From Phoronis australis (taxonomy: Eukaryota > Animalia > Phoronida): 64,000 bases of DNA. Below the pieces are notes generated by a model that saw nothing but the letters and a program-made list of their open reading frames with translations, had not been told where the DNA came from and did no database searches. The stretch is from assembly GCA_002633005.1 (NCBI GenBank), contig NMRA01000503.1, positions 62,001 to 126,000 of the forward strand. Reading direction: 5' to 3'. Made by a program: the position numbers and the translations under genes. Shown here piece by piece: positions 49,901 through 59,806 of this stretch (position 1 is its first letter; every line of letters starts with the position of its first letter).

Positions 49901-52900
49901 TAAAACTCAGTAACTAAATGATTACCTTGGAGAATCAACATCCAAATTCATAATGTAAACATCGCCGTTTGCTTGGAGCACAAAGACCGGCCAATCAAAA
50001 ACTTGGATTTCTTTACTGGACTCCAGTTGTTCTGCATGAGGACCAAAATCGAACGAAATCACATTTGCTCCCAAAGCTGCAGCAATGGAAGGTTTAGAAA
50101 GTGGCAGACTGAACGTCCCCTTAGCCTGACCCAACGGTATCACTTGTTCAGGCTTTACAGGCTCCATCACGTTGTACAACCTGCAAAATAAATGACTATT
50201 AATGTTATCAATAGTCAGAATATAGACTAACACTGTTTTTAGTTGTATTGTTTTGTTTCGTTATTCTGTTTGATTGGCATGACCCCTGAGTTAAGTACAA
50301 TGATGATGTAACTTGTTTACTACAGAATAGTATGGAACTTTCTATCTAAAAGACTCCAGCATGACGGTGATTAATGCAGTCTGGAATATTCTAGAGACTA
50401 TTATATGTTTGTAGAATGATTGGGTAGATTCAGGAAAGTTCTAGAATGTGTTTGAATTGATGTAAAATTCCAGAACAATGCATTAGGCTATAAATACACA
50501 AGCACGGGTTTGTGTTAGTCAGATCAAGTCAGTTCAAGAGAGTTCAAGAAAGTTAATCAGGAGAATTACAGTTGAGTTGCAGTGAAGAGAATCAGCAGTT
50601 ACAGCGATAGTCAATAGACAGCCAGCTATAGAGATAGCAAGTTATTGAATCAACGAGTGTAACAGTTGCTGAACGTATCTCAGAAGTTCATCACAAGTCA
50701 AGGCTTCGCAGCACTGGCTGGAGCATAAACAGACATTACATCGGACGTTATGTTTGAGTAAGCTTGTGAACGTACGGTCGAGATTAATAAAGGATTAACT
50801 CGAACCAGTCTTCAGTCTATCGTCGCACCGAAAGCTATTAGCACCGGTCTGTAACAACCTGCGCCCACCCACACACGGGGAAAAACGTGACATCAATGAA
50901 GAGAAACTAGGTGGTGCAAAAAGGGTTGGGCATGCTGGATACAATAACTATTCATTCCTGCAAAAGTTACTCACAACTTGAACTTGTACCACAGTCGTAT
51001 AGTCCAAATTTGAGTTATTTACTGTGATGTTCGTCACCTGACCAGGCAGATCAGTTAGTTGGGAAACAGTTCCATTTGAACTGTGCATGACCGGAGAAAT
51101 AAACTCTGCTACTGTCTGTCACATGCGACTTGCACATGGAAATTTATGAACAGACACAGAGATTTCAAGATAACTATAATGAACAGAGATAATTGCACAG
51201 CTATGACTACAACAGAGAAGCATCGACACGACACAATCTGCTAAACTTTACCAGCAAAGATCTCTCAGAAAAGCAGTCTTGGCTAAGAACACGTAAATGA
51301 AATATACATTTTGGACAATACATGACCAATTTAGAAATAGTCAAAATAGTCATAAAAATTCTATTTATCCAAGGCTGATTACCTTGCTACAGATAACCAA
51401 AATTAATAACCAATGTTTCTATGACAACTGTGCAGTGTAAATCATATTACAGCAAAATCTCACAAATTTGGTGCACAATATGGAAGACAAGTGAAAATAT
51501 ACAACACCAAAATAATGTTCTGTCAAATTTTAGTTCTGTTGCACAGAGTCTACCAACAAACAACAACGTGAAAAAGTGTGGCCATTCACAACAATATGAA
51601 AAAGTGTGGCTATTCACAACAATGTGAAAAAGTGTGGCCACTCACAACAATGTGAAAAGACTTCAAAAAACCAAAAAAGGTGATTTAATTAATTAATTAT
51701 TTTTGGCTGAAAAGGGTGAGATTTTACCGTCATAACAGAGAAATATTTTGATCGTTTTGGCTGAGAAATCGGATAAAATGAAATTCCACTTTTTCACTAC
51801 ATCATGTACTAAACCAGGTAAAGAGTGAAGAAATGCTGCAACAGACTGATGTCCAGCATACCTGAGGGTATTGTCACTAGCGAGTACAACCAGATGGGAG
51901 TCAGAGGCACTGCCGGGGTGCCACCTTGCTTCAAGTACTACTAGTCTGCCATATGAAGCGAACAGGTGCTCATCAATGGAAAAGGTCCTGGAAACATAGC
52001 ATAGTGAATAAAGGAGACAAACATTAATCAGGGTGATATGTGTCTCCACCTATCATTTCTGAAAATCAATAGTACCTGCAGCTATAAACGTCACAAATGC
52101 ATTGACTATACTGCATATGCACATTTAGGCCCGTGCACCTAGTATATTTAAAATAATTTGTATCTTTAACTATTTTTTCTCATTTTTCACCGATAAGAAA
52201 TTGGATCTAAGTTTCATTTATAGACAGGTGGGTCATGTGTACTTGTGCATTTTATTTTGTGTCATCTTAATTCCTGACTAATACATTTCCATTAATTATT
52301 TCATGAATATACTTCATGAACATGCTATTAAACTTGCACTCTATCTTCATTCAAATGTTTCACATAATATGAACAGGAAGTACACCTGCTTAAATTCGGA
52401 TACTGGCAAGTGAACAGTAGACTGGACCATCCCATAATATCAAAGGTTCAAATACTGAATCGGATGATTAATAACGGGTCTATAACTAAGCTTCCATTCC
52501 ACTGTTTGGCCGTCATTTCAATAAAAAAACGTCATCACATGCTTTGCTACTAACAACGAAACAATATTGAAATATAGTTATCTAAATTGCAAGTGCATGT
52601 TTCTGTCGACGTGCAACTTACTTGCAAGTAATCCTGGATTTGCCGCCTTCAAACGCTGCATGTGGTCCCCATTTTCTGGGGATGAGCATCACACTTATTC
52701 CACGTGGACCAATCAGAGCCAAAAACTGTCCAGTTAAACTTAGTCGAAGATTTGTCACCTCAAACGCAGGGGGATCACTACATACAAAAGTCTAAAAAAG
52801 AACAATTGTACAACTTTATTGATACTGTCAAATTGGTGTTAATACCCTTTCGACATTCACTGACTTCCTGGTAATAATCCCTTTTGGTGCTCTCTGACTT

Positions 52901-54388
52901 TGGGAAACATGATTGTTAAGATCAGAGACCGGACAAGTGACAATTAATGCCAGCATTTCCCAGCCAGCTCGTTGGTCAAGTCCAATAACAATTCTTGAAG
53001 TCGCTTCTTCTTCAGTTATTGTGCTACGTAACATGGATATTATTACCTCACACAGTGTGTTGTATGTACATAGAGAATAGATGACTATGTACAATGAGGT
53101 GATATTGGTGGATGATGAGTGTTCAAAGATTAAATAAATGAAGTTCAGTTTAGTAGCTAGAGATCATGACCTGAATGACAGATGAGGCCACCACAGCTCC
53201 AAACGATAATGCGTTCCACATTTCTGACATTGACAGGAACAAACTGTGCTAGCAGAAGTCTACTCTGAATGGATGGTAATAAATTCTGGGTGTCTGCATC
53301 TAGAAATTTTTCGGAACTGCCACAGTTAATCAGTTAACAGAAGTGGACAAACTGTCTCTTCAAATGCCCACTGAATTTAAAATCCAGTAAAATGTATACA
53401 TGACATTGAATTAACATATAAGGGACAACAACTTGCAGTTATGAATACATAGTTGTTGACAAATGGGATATCTGGATCTGGGATTCTGGCAGGGGCAATG
53501 AACAAACTGCATATTATGTCAGCACATAGTTACAACCTTGGCATCATTTTCTAGTTAACCGCTCATCCAATTTTTCTGATTTTTGCACCATTTGATTTCT
53601 CACACCAAGGGCTTTTCAAAAATGTATGACACATGGGTATACTGGGGNTTTGATACGTGTTTCTCCCGAGAGGTTAGTACCTAACGTGAAGACGAGCACT
53701 CCAAATTGGAACGCTAAGTCCCGCGTGGTTGCGCTGCACGCGAAACAAGATGGCGGACGAACTTTGGAGCCTGACGAAAATAGGTAACCGGACTATATTA
53801 TAAAAAATTTAAAAAAACCGTTGTTCTCCCTACTAAGGTGTCCCTCGATACGCAAAAGGTATTTATAACAACCGAACGTGACTTTCATGCTTTAGCCAGT
53901 GTGTATGGAGCGCCTATAGGAGCTGCATCGCCTCTGGTCGGGCCAACAGAGGCGATGGTCATTGCCTAGATGTTTTGCTGCCTGATACTGATAGTCTACC
54001 TACTGAGTACTGTGCTGTCCTAACAGCAGGTTCTCCATGCTTGGAGGACTTAGTTAGCTGACAGATAATTCACGTTGACAAATTTGTCGAGCAACAGCCA
54101 TCATACGTGGGATCTTCTGTCTTTTGACTGGAATCTACAATACTATACCTGATATGAAGATGACGTTGCCGACGACCGTCTGTCAGTTTCGGTTTCCACA
54201 GCAAGATTTTTTAGATTTTTAGTCATAATGCAAGCTTGTTTGGAACACCATACAAATATTTCGCCATTGTGTGTAGCTATGATGTTTTTGGACTCGGAAT
54301 TTTTTCCTTTAATACTATCTCCTTTCCGTATTTTATCAAAAAGTTCGATGTCGTTCAAACAATCGCGCCAGTTCATGGAAGCCGCCAT
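37836..54388 (-). CDS. NUP88: Nuclear pore complex protein Nup88, spliced gene model, 719 aa: complement(join(37836..37905,38580..38698,39655..39781,40739..40885,41354..41476,42635..42781,43920..44024,44779..44863,45437..45535,48262..48421,49281..49467,49926..50180,51862..51987,52622..52791,54149..54388))
   Basis: Recognisable motifs: IPRKWG..AFEGGK, RWHP...HLVVLASDNTLR, FDFGP, GPLAMYPAADDNYG.DAC, IAESTGKLYHCVVL, FEKVELEL, RYHCSHTAGIH, VEHLICTKP, FRQEYI, and a C-terminal coiled coil. All introns GT-AG with consistent phases; 2160 nt. Confidence 0.95.
38151..38356. mobile_element. PIF/Harbinger-like MITE, copy 2 (subterminal deletion)
   Basis: GGGCCCGTTC...GAACGGGCCC termini, 3-bp TSD CAG, colinear with 14127-14374. 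Confidence 0.85.
38580..38698 (-). CDS. NUP88: NUP88 exon 14
   Basis: Encodes IKAKREYQAKHM...SVRLSHVLKE|gtaagt. Confidence 0.9.
39655..39781 (-). CDS. NUP88: NUP88 exon 13
   Basis: Encodes LYKVLYNLQQSMPVLSNAERNMQKELKAIQDNLDAFTKSLDQ; its acceptor lies inside a tandem repeat unit. Confidence 0.9.
39766..39985. repeat. 55-bp tandem repeat x4 spanning the NUP88 intron 12 / exon 13 junction
   Basis: Unit gagtaccttgtatagcctgtaagagcaataagtcaatggtgttagtccaatacaa. Confidence 0.95.
40739..40885 (-). CDS. NUP88: NUP88 exon 12
   Basis: Encodes ASILEDLKKQQ...LRERAGELAEKYEECCDEQQRLQD (coiled coil). Confidence 0.92.
41354..41476 (-). CDS. NUP88: NUP88 exon 11
   Basis: Encodes TKPDTSMTQQQCFQLLMRTTQIFRQEYIEKQNLAQEEIER. 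Confidence 0.92.
42635..42781 (-). CDS. NUP88: NUP88 exon 10
   Basis: Encodes ASLNSETPPLL...SPLR...FQDRIRKILQRSTSNPIL. Confidence 0.9.
43285..43514. mobile_element. Foldback-type MITE with ~61-bp TIRs in NUP88 intron 9
   Basis: aacgcggctagactttttgttttcaagcttgatactggttcgtttgtagtgtcagaacaat pairs with its reverse complement at the right end with about 5 mismatches. Confidence 0.8.
43920..44024 (-). CDS. NUP88: NUP88 exon 9
   Basis: Encodes PDSPIAGLCIVSDSLLGNTLLCLTEQVECIALPL. Confidence 0.9.
44779..44863 (-). CDS. NUP88: NUP88 exon 8
   Basis: Encodes ETSDSYLRGVLGADAIVEHLICTKPLAD. Confidence 0.9.
45071..45142 (-). mobile_element. Degenerate tRNA-derived SINE head (or tRNA pseudogene)
   Basis: On the minus strand: A-box-like TGGCTCAGTGG and B-box-like GTTTGAATCC at tRNA spacing; no clean cloverleaf. 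Confidence 0.5.
45437..45535 (-). CDS. NUP88: NUP88 exon 7
   Basis: Encodes DCVCKERYHCSHTAGIHTVALPWINKMQLFCDD. Confidence 0.92.
46275..47097. other. Assembly gap (N run)
   Basis: About 820 N in NUP88 intron 6. Exons 6 and 7 join in phase, so no coding exon needs to lie in it. Confidence 0.99.
47098..47234 (-). mobile_element. 5' end of a Helentron-associated (HINE / DINE-1 / pearl-like) element
   Basis: On the minus strand: T-run, inverted pair ATGCGCCCACATA / TATGTGGACGCAT, (CCGT)n microsatellite, then a tatctccaaaacc...tcatgaaattt core running into the gap. Confidence 0.7.
47865..48003 (+). mobile_element. Degenerate tRNA-derived SINE
   Basis: A-box-like acagtgggttgag, B-box-like aggtttgaacccc, then a cccttgagtaag core-like motif typical of animal SINE2 elements. 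Confidence 0.5.
48262..48421 (-). CDS. NUP88: NUP88 exon 6
   Basis: Encodes SEKSW...SLHVFEKVELELAL...FTCPIILHA. Confidence 0.9.
49281..49467 (-). CDS. NUP88: NUP88 exon 5
   Basis: Encodes GPLAMYPAADDNYGTDACS...ESTGKLYHCVVL. Confidence 0.95.
49926..50180 (-). CDS. NUP88: NUP88 exon 4
   Basis: Encodes LYNVMEP...ISFDFGP...WPVFVLQANGDVY. Confidence 0.92.
50213..50892 (+). mobile_element. Probable solo LTR (680 bp) in NUP88 intron 3, antisense to NUP88
   Basis: 5-bp direct repeat TCAAT at 50208-50212 and 50893-50897; 3' end ...GTGACA; 5' end AGTCAG (a degenerate TGTCAC-like start); TATAAATA at 50489; AATAAA at 50786. Confidence 0.7.
50428..50447. promoter_or_regulatory. Perfect four-unit heat-shock element
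   Basis: aTTCa gGAAa gTTCt aGAAt about 40 bp upstream of the TATA box; further nGAAn arrays at 50335, 50384 and 50468. Confidence 0.7.
51560..51658. repeat. 28-bp tandem repeat, ~3.5 copies
   Basis: Unit acaatgtgaaaaagtgtggccattcaca. Confidence 0.9.
51862..51987 (-). CDS. NUP88: NUP88 exon 3
   Basis: Encodes TFSIDEHLF...RWHPGSASDSHLVVLASDNTLR. Confidence 0.93.
52622..52791 (-). CDS. NUP88: NUP88 exon 2
   Basis: Encodes TFVCSDPPAFEVTNLRLSLTGQFLALIGPRGISVMLIPRKWGPHAAFEGGKSRITC. Confidence 0.93.
54149..54388 (-). CDS. NUP88: NUP88 exon 1
   Basis: Encodes MAASMNWRDCLND...GEIFVW...NLK...SSYQ|gtatag; the ATG sits within a YY1-type AAGATGGCGG. Confidence 0.9.
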
Positions 54389-55063
54389 CTTGTTTAGTCG
54401 GACTCTTCATTCAGCGCCCCTACCGACGAACCACCGGTACTGTGAGATTAACACAGGTGCTCAAGACGTAACATCGCAAATTTAAATCCACTCTTCTAAT
54501 ATGCTACTACATTATACAATATTATATTACATATAACAGTAGTGGAGTTAGTATAAAGATGTATTATTGTATTTCGAGCACCTTTCCTGAGCAGAGATGT
54601 ATTCCCGTGTCCACAGTCACCATGGAGTAGGCCAAGCGCTGTAAGACCATCCATTGCCCAATTTTTGCCCATTAGCCCTAGGGTGCATTTCCGACAAAAA
54701 TTCTATGATGGGCCAGTAAAAAACACTTAACGGTGATATTATATTTTTGTTATATTACCTATGAATTTTATTTACTTCAAGCTATATATGAGTGGGTCGA
54801 ACCGTGCACCTACGGTCAAAGTGAGATTTCTTGCTTAGAGCGCCGGGCAGTTTTCCCATTTGCTGTTCAAGCTCTGCACTTGAGAACAATTTCTATACAA
54901 GTCGACCTATACTTAAAGCCCATGCCTAGGCCTACTGCGGTTCTACTCTTGGGATGAAAGAAATTTAATTCTTTTAAAACTTGGTGAAAGACCTGTGAGC
55001 GCCGGTATAACAAAACTTTATGAACAACTTGGGATACTAATTGCCACACCCAATTAGCATACG

Positions 55064-55135
55064 ACACACACACGGGCGCACGCACACGCACACACATGCA
55101 CGCACACACACACACTCATACACACAGACACAGAC
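55064..55135. repeat. Imperfect (CA)n/(CG) microsatellite
   Basis: Alternating purine-pyrimidine tract about 700 bp upstream of the NUP88 ATG. Confidence 0.9.
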
Positions 55136-57810
55136 TGAATAAGAAATTTAAAAACGAGGGTTGCACACTTCGAGGTTTTTATATATTTTACAGGAAAATT
55201 GTCTTTTTGTGTTTTAAGTTCGTAATCTCATATTCTACAGTCGCAGTGTGCAAATAAAGTTTGAGGGACGCCAATTCAAAAATAGGCTTGCATCTCCTCC
55301 ATTTTAGTAAAAAATTCATCAAATTGAATTCTCTAAACAATTCAATGTATTCAAAACTTCTTTCAGTATAATACCGATTGGTTTTAAATAAAGGCTATTT
55401 CACACAAAATTGTTAGTCCAAGTTTTTAATATCTGGCGATAAACCAACACAAGGATAGCCGAAGATGAATAACGTTGAGCTTCACGAATTGAATTTTTAG
55501 ACAAATTAAGAGAGAGCATCCTTTCAAATTTCAGACTCGGTGGAATAATCTTATCGCCAGTAACACTTTAATCACAAACTGGGACGAAGTTCAACAAGAA
55601 ATGGACAACGCAGAATTACCCTAAAAAATTTAAGATTACATATACACTTGTAGATTTCAGTATAAATATGTAAATGAATTATAGCTTTATATCGTATGTG
55701 TGGACGTTTTGGAACTTCTTGGCCATATACAAAATGTTGGAAATCCGTTTACCCGTCTAACGTCACATTCAGTGTTTGTACATGAAGTAATCAAATTTGT
55801 TGTTATTTACTTTTAAGGGTTCGTAAAAGGACAATAACTGGCATATTAAACGATCCCCCTCTTAGTAAATGTATACTGTTACATAAGTTTTGCGTTGATT
55901 CATTGGAAGCGTTTCCCCCGGCTGCCTCGTCTAATATTCGCACTATAGACCAGGTAGCATCTGCCGTCCTGTGTCAACAGACGACACTGTCGTCAAGTGT
56001 CAGCAGACAATATTGGCGTGTGTCCATACAACACTACCGTGAGTTCAACCGTTTTTTCATGAAAGGAGATCCGCTAGCAAATTATTTTGTGTACATTCTC
56101 ACAAAGATAAACATTTTGAACAAGCAAATATAAAAAATGCAAATAAAATAACAATTTAACATCCCCGACATGATATTTCTGTCTCAGCCAATCAATCAGT
56201 GCATGTTTTGATTATCTTCTTACCTACAAAACTTTTGTGGCTATATCATCACTGACAAGTTTCCGAAAGAAATTTTGTCGCTTTTCGCTGTAAGAACGGA
56301 GGATTCGTTGTGATTTCAAAATGGTCTCATTTAAGTTTAATTTACAATCAACTCTTCAACAACTGACGCCTGTACAACTTTGAATAGTTGGTTTTGACAA
56401 ATCCTTGCTATTTTCTATGTCGCCTCTGTCCACATGGACAGTTGAGCTAGATTAGCATCACTATGTTCTTGCACGCAACACTGAGGAAACACGTGGACAG
56501 TATCAACTTCCGTGAGTGTAGGAGACATCCATAGTGCTCTATGCGGGCAGCTTAATTTTTTTACAGAAACACGGTTTCATTCTTTTTATATTTAACACAT
56601 TTCATCTCAGTCTCTGTCACTCTGTGTTCAAATGTGACAGACATTGAAGCCTGAGAAATCTAGCGAATGAAATGGTGAGACGTGCCGTGAATGGCGAACG
56701 TTCCTTTCCATCAGTAGGCTGTATAAGCCTATCCGAGGCCGGGGGCCTGCCAGCACTAAACTATTTGCAGTTTCGGATCCAGGATTTTGAGTTGGAGGGG
56801 GGGGGCAAGGCACAGGAATAACCAGAATNTTTTTTGACATTTCAAAGCAACAGAACGTCTGCTGTTTCCACACTGAAAACAAGAGATGAACGTTTAAAAT
56901 TGTTTGTAAAATGTCAATAAACAGCGCTCAACATGCAGTCTTTGATGGTGTTTAAAAACATAATGACGATCAAAGCAACTTAAGCGATTTTCACCCGAGT
57001 GAAATAAACTGATCGGATTTCCTGAAGATAAGCATGTTATTGGGAGGATTGTGCCGCTAAAAAGTCATTTTACCTGAGATAGGCGTACCCCGTACAGAGA
57101 GTGTCAATTACATTCTGATCCACTTGCTTGCATAAGGAAATTGTGGACATATATTCGTATAAAAGTGAATCGCACCTATTTGTATTGCGGTTGTACACTA
57201 ATTACATGCATAAATGTGAACTAGTTATGGAAGGTGAGCACATAAAAAGTGTGTTTGTCTACTTTTTCGACCTGAATTGCTAGTACAAACATGGTTGACT
57301 CGGTAACTTGGAGAAACCTCATTGTGAATAAGCGTATATCAAAGGTTGGTTTATCGTGCACATAATTATGTGATTATAGCCTTTACTTTGCAAATGAGCT
57401 TAAACCCCGTATGACGTACTCTCGTGGGTGCCAGAAATCACACCTTCGTCAACATGGTCGGAGTACAATTTTCATTCTTTGTTCATCAAAGCCAAACCGG
57501 TTGCAGATCTCCTGTTGTATAAACCAATCAAACCTTTAGGCTAGCATTTCCAAATATTCAAGTACCGAGTACATATTAAAACAACATGTATCGTAACTTT
57601 CGGACAGATTCACAGAGAGCTCAATGATCCACGAAAAACACACCTTGGGAGGAATACGATCTTTAAAATGCGACCCTGAGATGGAGTTTGTGGCTGCTTG
57701 GGGGGAAGGGGGATTTCGAGTAAAATTAAATTTAACACAAATAGGTTTTAACTGTTTTGAATCGGCCATGATAAGAGATGCTCTTTTCCACTCATGACTT
57801 TGCTTATTTA

Positions 57811-57882
57811 TTTCCATTAACAAATTAAGGGAAATTGCTTGCACGTTCCATTAACAAATTAAGGGAAACTGCTTGTATGTTT
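57811..57882. repeat. 35-bp direct tandem duplication
   Basis: ttccattaacaaattaagggaaa(t/c)tgcttg occurs twice. Confidence 0.8.
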
Positions 57883-59743
57883 TCAGCGGGAAAAGTAGAC
57901 AAAACCCCTCATGGACTGACTATATTCTGCATTTCGCGAAAAATAACACAAGAAGACTTCATAACGTCGCGTTAGTAAGCAATTTTCGTGATGAACGTTC
58001 AAACTAGAGTGTCATTACTTTTGGGACACCCGAGTATATATATAGGTATGCAAGTGGATGTGCATCCACATTTACGACCCACGGTTATTCCAAAATATCA
58101 GATATATGCCCCGTAAAGATAATCTTTTGCTTTATTTTAGTTAAAAACTTCATAACAACGTATTTTAACGCAAGTTAGAATAATGGATGTACCACTGTAT
58201 GGTCAGCGTAGGTCATGCTTGCGTCATACATCCACAACTCTTTCTTGCACCATATACCCCGCATACAGGTTTAACATATATCGTGAAGGCGGGACAGGTG
58301 TCCTACTATAATGCGGGATTATGATTGATCAAGATCTTAGGCTGCCCGTAAGTACTGCAAACATAATGGTTAGGCGTATACTTCCAAAAGGTAAAAAAGT
58401 AGACCAAAGACAATGGCTAGGACCTTTTGCATGGGCTTTACTCATTTTATTATAACTAAGGAGTTTACCAGTTCGAAAATACGAACTACAGCTATCAGTA
58501 TCCGATTTTAAAATAGACGAAAAATGCTGAAAGATAGATAGTAAAATTGTCAATGACACGTCATCCTCCAAACTGCGCACTGGCAGACTCGAGCCCTTGT
58601 AAACACGGTGGCAGTCAGCCATGCAAACACGCGCACCACGTACACGGCCTGAAACCCCACGGGGCCCCAGTGTGAGCTACTCACATAACTAGAAGGTGCA
58701 TACGCCGGACGGCGCGGTTGACGGTGTTTTCATAAGAGCCCTTCCGAATCGATCTTAGTTCGTTTGAATTCGTGACCAAATGACATTTTTGACCGCCTAT
58801 GCACGTAACGCGGTTTCGCGTTCAGAGGGCATGAGTTTAAGGTGATGTTTTTACAAATTTCATTTAATTAGAGAGACAAAAATGAATTGCCAAAATCACT
58901 CTTTATTGGACACAAAAGTAATGTAAGGAACTCCCACCCCGCAATATGGCCAGGGAGACAAAGCATCACTGACCTGGAAGGTTCATTTTTAAGTTAGAGT
59001 TCAATTTTGGTAAAGCTCACTTTATTGAGGTAATGAGGTTTTGAAATGAGGCTTGGGTGTCCCTGGTTTATTGTCTTAGAGTCTTTTTCAAAATTCCTTG
59101 TTGGAGGCATGGAACCCACGTCTAGTGGCCGCTGCCCCCGGGATAACTTTTCACTGAGAAGGGAGCATATATTTTGTTAAAAAGTTTGTTGGGTTAAAAG
59201 ATTATAGTCTATATTTTTTACCAAATTAAATTCAGCAGTTAGGCACCCTGTTATCACAAAACTAGAAGTTATGTTATGAGATGTTTTCTTCTCCGGCTGA
59301 AGCTAGTGAGGGACGGGTGACTTTTTCATTATTTCCCCGCGGCTGGGTACTAAGTTTTGAAAAAGATTGATATTATATTTATCATGCTGGGTGTCTGAAA
59401 GGGATGGTGTACTAATTTCCCCTCTGAACACCCTTGTCAAAAATAGTGGAGTAACTCCCCCGGGTTAACTCCATTCACTGTGTCAATTTGCGTTTTTAAA
59501 ATAAAAACTCGAAAGCAGACAGCAACAACTCTCGATCAACCAAAACGTACGTCACATTTATCTAATTTCCATGGATAGTCTACAATAATGAGGTTAAAGG
59601 GTTTCAAGTGGAATGTTTTACGATTTAAAAGACAAGAGCCGCGCCATAATACTTATGCATATTTATGCTTGAGGGTTCGAGACTACATTCGATTCTATTG
59701 TGTCATGTGACCGATCGATTTCCAGCAAAACAGGGCCACGAAG

Positions 59744-59806
59744 ATGGCTGGCGAGCTTCAGTCGATGAGCCAGTATTGGAAATCCTTTGATTTACTGGCG
59801 TTACAA
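59744..59806 (+). CDS. CUX1: First coding exon of a cut-like homeobox / CASP gene (the rest lies beyond the window)
   Basis: AAGATGGCT start; MAGELQSMSQYWKSFDLLALQ|GTAAGT closely matches the 21-aa CUX1/CASP N-terminus [21 protein letters not shown]; phase-0 canonical donor. No exon 2 found before 64000. Confidence 0.85.

Noticed and set aside
54867-55135. Cys/Val-rich ORF MCVCACMCVRVR
   Set aside because: Translation of the (CA)n microsatellite.
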